NCBI GenBank assembly: GCA_964388035.1
Contig: CAYLZE010000100.1
Span: forward strand, 1 to 16,491
Source: an uncultured archaeon
GTDB lineage: Archaea; Asgardarchaeota; Lokiarchaeia; Sigyniarchaeales; SOKP01
Direction: 5' to 3'
Length of the DNA: 16,491 nucleotides
The notes below the pieces were generated by a model. The model did not search any database, was not told the origin of the DNA, and saw nothing but the letters and a program-made list of their open reading frames with translations. The position numbers and the translations under genes are program-made. Shown in pieces: positions 1-9,371 of the stretch (within the stretch, counting starts at the first letter, position 1; each line of letters begins with the position of its first letter).

Positions 1-163
1 TTTAAGAGAGAAATAGGCACAAAATAGGATGGGAAAAATAATTTAAGCTAAATTTTTATTTATAATTAATTTTTATTTGATCTTTTCAGAAATTGCCACT
101 CCAGACGGGAGATAATTGGCTCTAAACGTTAATCAGACGCTTCAGGAGATAGATTGCTTCAAC

Positions 164-367
164 TTACTCCCCATCGTCTTCTTTTATGATAAAATGCTCT
201 CGAATCATTCGCCTTTTTATAATGGAAATAAATTCCTTAGTATCTGGAAACACGTATGATATTCCTTCACCATCTTCATCCAAAGCAATCTCTTTCGAAA
301 ATTTTCCCTCTACTTTTTTTCTCAAGTCATTTACAAACATGAATAATGAAAGGACCAGAGTCTTCAA
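164..367 (-). pseudogene. Short hypothetical ORF, probably part of a degraded gene
   Basis: 67-aa ORF with a TTG start. Protein-like sequence appears to continue upstream (ATG near 405, in other frames) and downstream past stop codons. No family recognised. Confidence 0.25.
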
Positions 368-480
368 AAAATGAAGTATTACGATGATAATACTCTATAA
401 GTCATTTTAAGATAAAATTCTACTACGATTAAAATCTGGACTCTAAATTTTTATATAACAACTCCAACTATTTGATTTAC

Positions 481-1029
481 ATGCCTCTATTCGGTCATCT
501 TGGTATTGCATTAATAACCAAACGATTCTCGCCCCAAGTCCCTCTCTGGGCTTTATTGATTGCCACGATGTTTATTGATATAATATACTTTATCTACCCT
601 TTTGATCCTTTATGGTGGTCTCACAGTTTATTCATGGCATTAATATGGTCAGGGATTGTAGTGGGTGCCACTGCACTTACTATGAAATATCTTCAATCGA
701 GAAAAAAAAGTACAATACGCACAAGACCAAAAGCATGCATAATCCAATCTAGCTTGGTAATGGAATTTATAGTTTTTAGCCACTGGGCGTTGGACTATAT
801 TGGATGGTAAACATTAGGTATTGGAATCCCAATTCTATTTAATGATTCCACCTTGATCATGCTTCCCATTCAAATGAGCCCCTTCATAGCGATTTTTATT
901 TTTGAAATCGATCCCTTCATCGTGGGTCTCTTACTTTTTATCCAATATAGAAAAAAGCTCAGAGAAGAGAAGAGTAAACCCTTGGAGGTTCAATATTCCC
1001 CGCGAATTATGAATGAAACAATGAATTAA
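481..1029 (+). pseudogene. Membrane-bound metal-dependent hydrolase (YdjM/DUF457-like) interrupted by an in-frame TAA at 808-810
   Basis: Motifs MPLFGHLG, MFIDI, WSHSL and FSHWALD plus hydrophobic helices. After TAA 808-810 the same frame stays open for 72 more codons (TLGIGIPILFND...FIVGLLLFIQYRKK...MN*) to TAA 1027-1029. Confidence 0.7.
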
Positions 1030-1486
1030 ATTATCAATTCTTTCTTTTCTTTAAATTATTTTAATTGAATTTCTTTCTACATTCATATAGAAATTAATAT
1101 CTTTAACTACATCAGAATCGCTGTGGCTCGTAATCAAAATTATAAATTTCTTCCGCTTTATAATTTGCTGTAATGCTGTAAAATTGAATTTTTTTCCTCT
1201 TGCTTTGTATCTACGAGTAAAATATAGTTTATTGCCTTCTATTTTAATTCATTTCCATTTTGCTCGTGCTGCTTAATATAATTCACGTGATCTTGGATTC
1301 TTTCCATATTAAATTGATTCGAAAGCTCTGTAATTGATACTAATGAAAATTCGAATAAATGTTTGAACTGGGAATTGAGTTCGTAACCGACAGAATTTCT
1401 AACAGAAAGTATGGCCACTAAGAAAGTCTTTCCCGGTTCCCGGTACTCGATGATACCTTGATGTTCTCCATGGAAAGATTTGGCTT

Positions 1487-2425
1487 TTATTTTGCGAGAT
1501 AGTTTTCCATGAACTTTTCGCCAAAGCGCTCCGAGACGGTTCGCACTTCTTCTATTCTATTTAATTCCATCATTAGCATGGCACTTAATACTTGATTTCC
1601 TAACATCATTGCAGAAAAGACAAATTTTCCTACTTCTGGCAAGGTTTCTGCTTTATAGATAACCCCCGTCTTATTAACTTTCACGGCACGTGGAATTAAA
1701 GAAGCTAAATCTGCACTCATTTCTTGTGGAAAGGATACTTCTACTTCAATGGGCAACTCAACGTGTAATGCTTTAAACTTGGGGAGATTTGAAAGAACCT
1801 CAGCTGTTTCTCTTTCAATCATGGTTCTAGCTTCATCTATTGGCAAGCAGAGGGTGGTTCCCTTGTCTTTTGATGTTTTCACTTGCACGGTTTCCGTCCC
1901 TGGCAAGAGTTCTGACACCTCTTTCGCTAAAACTTGATCTCCGGATACAAGGATTATTGGAATATTATATTCAGATAGAGCAATTGCGATTAAGTATGCT
2001 TCGTTTACCATCCTTCCATTAACTTTAACAATCGGACCTGCACTGATGGTATGACTCATGAACCCTTCGTTACTTCCTCCCATCGCATGAAATCCGATAA
2101 GGATCGCGGCATCCACGGTTTCATTCACAAAAGCATTCATTTTTTTTGAAAAGCAATCCCCCAAGAGCTTCGTTCCCTTTTCCACTTTTTTAGGAATCAA
2201 GTGCTCTTGGTTAGCACTATGAAAGTTAACAATACCAATCTCGCTGGCTCCTCCCTTCCTGAGCCCTCTAATTGCAGCATTTATATCTTCTGTTAATAAT
2301 AATCGACCCGATTCTTGGTATTCTTTTTTACCTTGAATCACTTGTCTCCAATTGTCTACTCCGGATACCCCTTCCATGTCTGCAAAAATTACCACTTTAT
2401 ATCCTTTTTCATGTTTTTCGGACAT
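1487..2425 (-). CDS. M55 family metallopeptidase (D-aminopeptidase DppA-like)
   Basis: N-terminal ADMEGVSGV Zn-binding motif, then NFH, IGFHA, MSHT, VNE, VSGD and VKTS motifs. Purine-rich SD-like GGATGGGGT upstream. Confidence 0.88.
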   Translation of the reverse strand: MSEKHEKGYKVVIFADMEGVSGVDNWRQVIQGKKEYQESGRLLLTEDINAAIRGLRKGGASEIGIVNFHSANQEHLIPKKVEKGTKLLGDCFSKKMNAFVNETVDAAILIGFHAMGGSNEGFMSHTISAGPIVKVNGRMVNEAYLIAIALSEYNIPIILVSGDQVLAKEVSELLPGTETVQVKTSKDKGTTLCLPIDEARTMIERETAEVLSNLPKFKALHVELPIEVEVSFPQEMSADLASLIPRAVKVNKTGVIYKAETLPEVGKFVFSAMMLGNQVLSAMLMMELNRIEEVRTVSERFGEKFMENYLAK

Positions 2426-2656
2426 TACTACCCCATCCTATTGAATATTCTTGGATATTTATTTCAAAGTCTCGCGCTTTTCTCTTAAATATCCCTTCAT
2501 ATAATATAATTAGAACTATTGGTGAGTTGCATTTAAACTTTTCACGTGTCCTATTTTAATCCTTTTTTATTATCTAAAAATTAAAAGGAAAGATTCCGGT
2601 TCTTTCCCGCTTTATTTAGTGGTTTACCACTCTCAGAGGGAGTTCCAAGTGAATAT

Positions 2657-2711
2657 AGAAAAGAAAAAAGGGGGCTTTTTTTTTTAATCATTCTTTTCGA
2701 ATAAAAAGCCC
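2657..2711 (-). terminator. Putative terminator of the MFS transporter gene
   Basis: Just downstream of the stop codon on the minus strand: GGGCTTTTT...AAAAAGCCC inverted repeat (2703-2711 / 2672-2680), followed by the pyrimidine tract CTTTTTTCTTTTCT. Confidence 0.5.
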
Positions 2712-2719
2712 ATTAAATT

Positions 2720-4099
2720 TTAAATTTGTAAAGTTTTTTCGCGTTTTTCTTGGTGGAGTGCTTCGAGTTTTGCTTGCATTTCTTTAAGTTTTTCTCCATG
2801 CAAGGGATAAAAATAGATGAAAATCAAGCTAATCGCGTTGAAAATGGCGGGAACCAGCAAAAACAATATTTTAATTCCCACTAATGCCGAAGCCGATTGG
2901 ATACTAGCACCTTGCACGAATCCAAAAACAGTAAATATTACCGTTGCCAGAATGGGCCCAAGACTATTCGCTGGTTTGGTAAAAAGGGCATTAATCCCTA
3001 AAAACATGCCTTCTCTCCGGGTGCCATGCAATATTTCATCTTCATCAACTGACAGGTACATTAATGCTCCCACAGTATAAACACCATACCCTCCGAAAAA
3101 TGTGTTCCATATAAGACCTATCCAAATTAATAGCTCTAATCCGGGAATAAGAATTAGGTAAAAAACAATTAATGCTCCGACGACTCGCAAAACTCCAAAC
3201 CTTAAAATGACTTTCCGCATGCCCCATGGTTTCTGCAATTTCAAGCATACGAAATAAGCAAAATATCCCACAAAGATAAAAATCATGAAATATAAGACCG
3301 TGGCCACGCCGCTATTAAAACCTAGAACAAAGTAAAATGCAAAAAGATAACTAAGACCTATACTTCCCACGAATACACCGCAAAAATTATAACCAATAAA
3401 TATCATGAATGATTTAGATTTGACGGTCGCTTTTACGGATTGCCATAATGGGAAGGGTTGATCTTTCTGGAATTCTGGTTTTTCTTTACTTACCACGACA
3501 ACCACCCATAAGAGAACCGTAGAAATAATAGCAATGATGATCATTAGCATTTGAAAGGAGGCATCGGTGGCTTTCATGGGACCCACTATGATAAGAAAGG
3601 GTAATAAAATGACAACGCCAAGGAGGAGCATCCAAAAATTCGCTTTATTCCTCTCACCAATATCCGCCGTCATTTCGGGTAATAATGCCATCCAACAGAG
3701 TACTACCAGGGTTAACATGGTATCAAACAAGCAGATGCTTATCGTAAAATGCAAGAAAATAACTAGTTGATTATCTAAACTCCAAGGAAACCATACCAGG
3801 AGGAAGGTTAATGCCCAAATCGGAGCACCATACTTGATGTAGATGAGCCTCCGACTACCCCACTTCTCTCTGTTTGTCCTATCTGAAAGTTGCCCCGCTA
3901 AAGGATCATTTAAAGCATTAATTGTCATGTAAATCACTTGCCCAATTACAAAAAAAATGGGTAATAATTGCAGATCGTTATAAAATAACTCAATATATTT
4001 GAGACCAAAGACATACCCATAGAGTGCAGTGGGCCCTGCACCGACAGAATATCCCAAGATCTGTCTGAAACTTAGTTTTTCTTTGTTTTGTGTGGACAT
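2720..4099 (-). CDS. MFS transporter, glycoside-pentoside-hexuronide (GPH, MelB/UidB-like) cation symporter
   Basis: About 12 hydrophobic segments; NALNDPLAGQLSDRT...WGSRR motif; VDEDEILHGTRREGMFLG motif; C-terminal FYPL. Start placed at ATG 4099 (the ORF track extends to TTG 4105). Confidence 0.9.
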   Translation of the reverse strand: MSTQNKEKLSFRQILGYSVGAGPTALYGYVFGLKYIELFYNDLQLLPIFFVIGQVIYMTINALNDPLAGQLSDRTNREKWGSRRLIYIKYGAPIWALTFLLVWFPWSLDNQLVIFLHFTISICLFDTMLTLVVLCWMALLPEMTADIGERNKANFWMLLLGVVILLPFLIIVGPMKATDASFQMLMIIIAIISTVLLWVVVVVSKEKPEFQKDQPFPLWQSVKATVKSKSFMIFIGYNFCGVFVGSIGLSYLFAFYFVLGFNSGVATVLYFMIFIFVGYFAYFVCLKLQKPWGMRKVILRFGVLRVVGALIVFYLILIPGLELLIWIGLIWNTFFGGYGVYTVGALMYLSVDEDEILHGTRREGMFLGINALFTKPANSLGPILATVIFTVFGFVQGASIQSASALVGIKILFLLVPAIFNAISLIFIYFYPLHGEKLKEMQAKLEALHQEKREKTLQI

Positions 4100-4398
4100 G
4101 TTCAAGACTTTTTTTTAAATGATATATTACCATTAAAGTTTCTTTCTTTTATATTATTTTTGAAAATTGAACCCTTTCATGTTAAAATTTTTAAATTTAT
4201 TCTGCGATGCATTAATTCTGGTTTTTCCGCTAATCCACGTTTTTGTTAGATTCGTTAATTTAATTGGTTCATTAAGTTTTTTCCTATATCTCTCGGTAAT
4301 ACATTTAACTAGAGCAAGGGGATATATCTCCCATCAAACTATTTTTAATATTGCATATTTATATTATTAGAAAATCACTAAAAAAAAGTTTAAAGATA

Positions 4399-5277
4399 AT
4401 GCCTAAAACATGCGTCAATCATATAGAAATCGAATACGAACTGCTCGGGGATCCTAGTTCAAAACCATTATTACTAATAGCAGGGCTGGGCAGCCAATTA
4501 CTTGCTTGGTCGGATGAATTTTGCCAACATCTTGTAAATCGTGGCTTTTTTGTTATTAGATTTGATAATAGGGACGTGGGCTTATCAACAAAATGTGAAG
4601 ATGCTGGCATTCCAAACTTCATGCAAATTAATGAAGCCCATGCTAAGGGAGAAAAACCCCAAGTATCTTATACCTTAGAAGACATGGCGGATGATGCTAT
4701 CTGTATCTTGAATGCTCTAAGCTTGAATAAAACACACATCTGTGGCGCATCCATGGGGGGAATGATTGCCCAAATCTTAGCCTACAGGTATCCCTCTCGA
4801 GTTCTTTCCCTCACGGTGATCATGAGCACGACCGGAAATCCTGCCTTACCTCCAGCAAAACCAGAGATCATGGCTCAATTTTTTGCTCCCGTGCCTTCAG
4901 AACGCGAGTTTTATATTGATGAGATGGTCAAGCGCGATAAGCTTATTCAGGGGTCTTTATCATTTGACGAAAATCAAGGTCGAGAGTATAGAGCACGGGA
5001 ATATGATCGAAGGTATTATCCCGAAGGTATCGCCCGCCAATTGGCTGCAATGGCTGTACCTGGGAATATTCAGCCTTATATCTCTCAGATACGCGCTCCT
5101 ACTTTGGTCATTCATGGGAAGGAAGATCCATTTTATCCCATCGAGGCAGGTAAAGAAATAGCTTCCACGATCCCCGATGCGGAATTATTGATTTTGGATG
5201 GAATGGGACACGGATTTCCTCTTGAAGTATTACAACAAATAATAGAAGCTATAGTGTGCAATAGCAATAAGATATGA
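4399..5277 (+). CDS. Alpha/beta-fold hydrolase (esterase/lipase-like)
   Basis: LIAGLG oxyanion segment, RFDNRDVGLS, nucleophile elbow GASMGG, HGKEDP (Asp) and GMGH (His) completing the triad. Start placed at ATG 4399 (MPKTCVNHIEIEYE). Confidence 0.9.
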   Translation: MPKTCVNHIEIEYELLGDPSSKPLLLIAGLGSQLLAWSDEFCQHLVNRGFFVIRFDNRDVGLSTKCEDAGIPNFMQINEAHAKGEKPQVSYTLEDMADDAICILNALSLNKTHICGASMGGMIAQILAYRYPSRVLSLTVIMSTTGNPALPPAKPEIMAQFFAPVPSEREFYIDEMVKRDKLIQGSLSFDENQGREYRAREYDRRYYPEGIARQLAAMAVPGNIQPYISQIRAPTLVIHGKEDPFYPIEAGKEIASTIPDAELLILDGMGHGFPLEVLQQIIEAIVCNSNKI

Positions 5278-5305
5278 AGAGAAGATAATTGGTAATTTTA
5301 CATTT

Positions 5306-5341
5306 TTAATTCTTCCAAATTTGAGGATCTAATGTGATCAT
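5306..5341 (-). pseudogene. Possible 5' remnant of a PIN/VapC toxin gene (MITLDPQIWKN*)
   Basis: ATG lies 7 nt after the AbrB-family stop codon. MITLD-x-x-IW resembles the first beta-strand and catalytic Asp of PIN domains, but only 11 codons survive. Confidence 0.3.
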
Positions 5342-5348
5342 GATTTAT

Positions 5349-5582
5349 TCAATTAATTTTTTCAAATTCAATGGCATTTTTTATGGTTATTTTTTTCAAT
5401 TTATCACTAAATTCTTCTGATTTTTTGATGAATTCTTCCACTGAAGTAAATTTTCGTAATATAATTTTTCCCTCTTGAACTTGAAAAACTATTCTCTCCC
5501 CCGATTTTAGATTTAACATTTTTCGAATTTCTATCGGAATGAGAACTCTCCCGTTATCATCTATTATTGATTCTGCATTCAT
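5349..5582 (-). CDS. AbrB/MazE/SpoVT-family DNA-binding protein (antitoxin-like)
   Basis: IDDNGRVLIPIEIRKMLNLKSGERIVFQVQEGKIILRK matches the swapped-hairpin signature. SD-like AGGTGG upstream. Confidence 0.88.
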   Translation of the reverse strand: MNAESIIDDNGRVLIPIEIRKMLNLKSGERIVFQVQEGKIILRKFTSVEEFIKKSEEFSDKLKKITIKNAIEFEKIN

Positions 5583-5919
5583 TTCATTCCACCTATAAAA
5601 TCATTCTCCACAAAGTGTACTTAGGCGGGGAATCTAATAAATTCATCAGTTACTTCTTCTGGTAATTTTTAATTTAGAATTTTAGAATTGTGCTCTAGTT
5701 ATTTAACTAATAAAAATTAGTCTCATCCTTAATGATGTTCTATCATTTATGCTCATGTTGATTTAAGGAATTCACTGCATTTTCCTTATCTAATATGCTA
5801 TTGAATCACTTTTAATGGATAAGATATACCATTTAAAATATTATTTTGATGTTGAAATATATTTGATTCCTTTCCAAGAAGTATAAATAAATATGAAAAA
5901 TACTTTCTAGAGTTAGAAT

Positions 5920-6144
5920 ATGACGGATAAATCAATAGATATTTCTGAAGAAGTTTATAAAAAGATAAAATATTTGAAACGAAAAGAAGAATCTGTTTCA
6001 GATTTCCTCAATCGAATATTAAGTGAGAAAAATCTAGATTCTAATAATGAATTGGAGGAGATCTCTAAAGATTGGGAAAAAATTGAGAAATTCCTTTATG
6101 AAGATCGTTTAAAAAGTAATATAACTAGAGAAATTGAATTTTAG
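5920..6144 (+). CDS. Archaeal-type VapB antitoxin (DUF217-like, RHH-type N-terminus)
   Basis: KSIDISEEVYKKIKYLKRKEESVSDFLNRIL matches the K-T/S-I-x-I-S-E-E-x-Y...K...ES-F/V-SD pattern. Lies directly upstream of a PIN gene. Confidence 0.78.
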   Translation: MTDKSIDISEEVYKKIKYLKRKEESVSDFLNRILSEKNLDSNNELEEISKDWEKIEKFLYEDRLKSNITREIEF

Positions 6145-6163
6145 ATGATGATTGAAAAATAAA

Positions 6164-6442
6164 ATGGTCGTTCTCGATACTGATTTCATTATTGGATACC
6201 TACGCAAAGCTCCAAAAATTATCGATCTTTTGCGTAATTTTGAAGAAAATAGAATAGATTTAAAAACAACAATTATAAATGTAGGCGAATTATATAAAGG
6301 AGCATATCTTTCAGCTAAAACATCAGAAAACCTAAAAAAAGTTAATAAATTTCTTAAAAGAGTAGAAGTATTGAATTTGAATATTGAGATTATAATTTCA
6401 AAAAATTATTTAAGATCTTCATGCCATAAGGCTTCATTTTGA
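6164..6442 (+). pseudogene. vapC: VapC/PIN-domain toxin, C-terminally truncated
   Basis: MVVLDTDFIIGYLR and TTIINVGELYKGA are PIN N-terminal motifs. Similarity ends at about VEVLNLN (near 6390), where the frame runs antisense into the trpG 3' end. The D-x-x-IAA and T-x-N/D C-terminal motifs are missing. Confidence 0.75.
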
Positions 6443-6983
6443 TGGATTCGGGATGGAATTGAACGCTTTCAACGGGATATTTCTTATGACGAACCGCCAT
6501 GATTGTGCCATCATCTGCCGTAGCCGATATCTTAAGGTCTTGAGGAAAAATGTCACCTTTTGCTGCTAATGAGTGATATCTTATTACTTGGAGCGGATTT
6601 GGAATACCTTTAAAGATCGTTTCTTGATCATGAAATATTTTTGATTCTTTTCCATGCATTGGACCAACTTTTGCTCTTCCAACATATTCTTGGTTTTTAT
6701 CTTCTCCAAAAGCTTCTACAATCGCTTGATGTCCCAAACAAATTCCTAAAATTGGGACTTTATCATAATATTCATTAATAATTGGAATTACTGAACCTGT
6801 ATCATATTTGGGATGACCTGGTCCTGGTGAAATTATAATTTTATCAATATTTAGGGCTTTTACTTGATCTAACGAAATTTTATTATTCTCTATTATGATG
6901 TCAGAATTAGGAGCTAATTGGCAGATATAATTGACTAAGTTATATACGAAACTATCATAATTGTTTAGAAAAAGAATTATCAT
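6390..6983 (-). CDS. trpG: Anthranilate synthase component II (glutamine amidotransferase)
   Basis: NYDSFVYNL, ISPGPGHP, GICLGHQ (catalytic Cys), MHGK, RYHSL and QFHPES motifs. TAATG overlap with the trpE stop codon. Confidence 0.95.
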   Translation of the reverse strand: MIILFLNNYDSFVYNLVNYICQLAPNSDIIIENNKISLDQVKALNIDKIIISPGPGHPKYDTGSVIPIINEYYDKVPILGICLGHQAIVEAFGEDKNQEYVGRAKVGPMHGKESKIFHDQETIFKGIPNPLQVIRYHSLAAKGDIFPQDLKISATADDGTIMAVRHKKYPVESVQFHPESIKMKPYGMKILNNFLKL

Positions 6984-8476
6984 TACTTTAACGCCTCTGC
7001 GATTCTAATTGATTTCAATATGCTATATAATTTATTATAAGTCTCTTTATATTCATCATCGGGTTGACTATCTGCCACAATACCTCCACCTGCTTGAGCA
7101 AAGTATGTTCCATTCTTTCCAAAAAGAGTTCTTATTGCAATAGCAAATGTCATGTCGCCATTGAATGCAAAATAGCCAACAGCACCTCCATACGGACCCC
7201 TCGATTCAGTTTCTAATTCTTGAATAATTTCCATTGCCCTTTTTTTTGGAGCTCCTGAGAGGGTTCCCGCAGGAAATATACTTTTTAAAACCTGATATCC
7301 ATCCAGTGGTGTTTTACTTTTAACTTTACTGACGATATGCTGAACTTTTTGATATTTTTGGATGGACATTAGCTCATAGGTATCAACAGAGCCAGGATAA
7401 GAAACCTTGGCGAGGTCGTTTCTTGCCAAATCCACTAACATGATGTGTTCTGCTTGTTCTTTAGGATCGGAAAGTAATTCTCGCTCCAATTTCAAATCTT
7501 CTTCTTCAGTCTTACCTCGCCTAATCGTTCCAGCTATTGGTACCGTATGAAGCATGTCCTTATTTTTAGAAATTAACGCCTCAGGGCTGCTTCCAATGAT
7601 TTTCACATCATCAAAATTGATATTATACATGTACTGAGAGGGATTCAATGTTCGCAACACCTCGTAAATAAGAATGGGATCAACTTTACTCTCGGTATAT
7701 AGTCTTCTCGAAATCACTGCTTGTATGATATCACCGGCATAAATGTATTCTTTTGTTTTTTCCACCATTCTTGCATGAGCATTCTTGCTGGTATTGGAAC
7801 GGAATCCTGATTCATCAATTTCCTCACTATCAAGGGAAATTTCTTTTTTTTCTTGATTGTCATGATTTCGATTAAAGAGCCTTAATTGATAGCGGATATC
7901 TTTATCTTTAGTATAATCATCTATGCTATTATCTATCATGAATAGGGCATTAGATTTATGAGAATAAACAAGAACCTTGGTATAAAGGCCCATGAGAATA
8001 TCCGGAAACTCCCCGTTAGCTTTATATCCCACGTAAGGTGCCACCACATCATATCCGATGTATCCGAGCATTCCTCCATAGAAAATGTTTCTCGGGAATA
8101 GTTCCGTGAAGGGAAGATTGGAGTAGGGCGTGAGCCTACTTAGAGTATCAAGTGCGATCATGTTATATTTCACGTTATCTTTAAATGGCAAGGGATCATG
8201 GGGCCTCTCTTCAGCAGGATCCTTAGATTCCAAATAACTTTTGACATTTTCTCCCCGGGCTGAAGATACATCGCGGATGGTAAACTGTTCTCCCCTAATC
8301 TCAAGCATAAAATCGGGTTTTAGGGCTATAAAGCTGAAGAGCGTTTCATTGGTATTTGCAGAAGCAGATTCCAGCAAGGCATGTTTCTTTAAATCGTATT
8401 TTCCTACTAAATATTTATAAAAACCAAAAATATCTTTCAAATTTCCAATCTTTTCAATATGTATGTCAAAATCCAT
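6983..8476 (-). CDS. trpE: Anthranilate synthase component I
   Basis: LLES, AGDIIQAVISR, NPSQYM, GSSPE, PIAGT, KEQAEHIMLVDLARND, FPAGTLSGAPK, RGPYGG and QAGGGIVADS motifs. SD AAGGAG upstream. Confidence 0.95.
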   Translation of the reverse strand: MDFDIHIEKIGNLKDIFGFYKYLVGKYDLKKHALLESASANTNETLFSFIALKPDFMLEIRGEQFTIRDVSSARGENVKSYLESKDPAEERPHDPLPFKDNVKYNMIALDTLSRLTPYSNLPFTELFPRNIFYGGMLGYIGYDVVAPYVGYKANGEFPDILMGLYTKVLVYSHKSNALFMIDNSIDDYTKDKDIRYQLRLFNRNHDNQEKKEISLDSEEIDESGFRSNTSKNAHARMVEKTKEYIYAGDIIQAVISRRLYTESKVDPILIYEVLRTLNPSQYMYNINFDDVKIIGSSPEALISKNKDMLHTVPIAGTIRRGKTEEEDLKLERELLSDPKEQAEHIMLVDLARNDLAKVSYPGSVDTYELMSIQKYQKVQHIVSKVKSKTPLDGYQVLKSIFPAGTLSGAPKKRAMEIIQELETESRGPYGGAVGYFAFNGDMTFAIAIRTLFGKNGTYFAQAGGGIVADSQPDDEYKETYNKLYSILKSIRIAEALK

Positions 8477-8509
8477 TATTTTTCTCCTTTTTCTTGCTCC
8501 TTCGTAATT

Positions 8510-9346
8510 TTATTTTAAAGTGGATTTAATTGTTGAGGTAAATTCTATCATATCCGCTTTCATTTGCTCAAAATCGTTCAAATTATTCTTAATGAGTTCA
8601 ATCATCGCTGAACCGATTATTACACCATTTGCCCCACTTTCAAGAATCAATGCTACATGTTCGGGCTTCGATATACCAAAACCCACCAGAACGGGCAATT
8701 TATCTCGGATTTGATGCTTTATTCTCTTGATAGTTTCCCTGGTTATTTGAGCAACCGTTTTCCGCGAGCCAGTCACACCCATGACCGAAATTAAGTAAAT
8801 AAAACCCTTGGCAACTTTTAGGATTCTTTCTAAACGCTCATCAGTCGTTGAAGGTGCAACGAGAAAAATGAGACAAATATCGTGCTTCTCACACGCTTTC
8901 AAGGTCAGGAAAGCTTCCTCTATGGGTAAATCTCCGATTACTATTCCATCCACGCCACTCTTTTTTAACTTGGCAAAGGTATTATCCAAGGATTCTTCAA
9001 TGGTGTCCGCCCCTTGGATTAAAATGTTATAATAAGTAAGAATCACGATCGGTTTCTTTATTTTTCCGTGAACCTCCCTAATTGCATCCAAGGCAAGATC
9101 CGTGTTTATTCCTGCATTAAAAGCTCTCACGTTAGCTTCCTGGATGGTGGGACCATCCGCAATCGGATCGCTAAAAGGAATGCCTATTTCTAAAATGTCA
9201 CTATAAGGTTCAATTGCTAAACAAAGCTCTTTAAATTGATTGATGTTAGGATCTCCTGCCACCAAAAAGGGCATGAAGAACTTATCATTTTTCCATTCCT
9301 CATCATAAAATAATTTCATGAGCCTATTCGAGTTTAATTCTGTCAT
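8510..9346 (-). CDS. trpA: Tryptophan synthase alpha chain
   Basis: AGDP, LEIGIPFSDPIADGPTIQ, YYN, DLPIEE, GVTG, VGFGIS and IIGSA motifs. Confidence 0.97.
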   Translation of the reverse strand: MTELNSNRLMKLFYDEEWKNDKFFMPFLVAGDPNINQFKELCLAIEPYSDILEIGIPFSDPIADGPTIQEANVRAFNAGINTDLALDAIREVHGKIKKPIVILTYYNILIQGADTIEESLDNTFAKLKKSGVDGIVIGDLPIEEAFLTLKACEKHDICLIFLVAPSTTDERLERILKVAKGFIYLISVMGVTGSRKTVAQITRETIKRIKHQIRDKLPVLVGFGISKPEHVALILESGANGVIIGSAMIELIKNNLNDFEQMKADMIEFTSTIKSTLK

Positions 9347-9371
9347 TTTTCATTACTTTCCTAATTGTTGG

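Noticed and set aside
808-810. Stop-codon recoding (Sec, Pyl or an alternative genetic code)
   Set aside because: The codon is TAA, which terminates many intact genes in this window.
2272-2559. 95-aa hydrophobic plus-strand ORF
   Set aside because: Overlaps the M55 peptidase start and promoter in antisense. TTG start, and the Leu/Ile/Phe-rich composition is typical of AT-rich non-coding sequence.
4167-4370. 67-aa hydrophobic ORF in the MFS/hydrolase divergent spacer
   Set aside because: T-rich promoter region, TTG start, no SD or motif; likely spurious.
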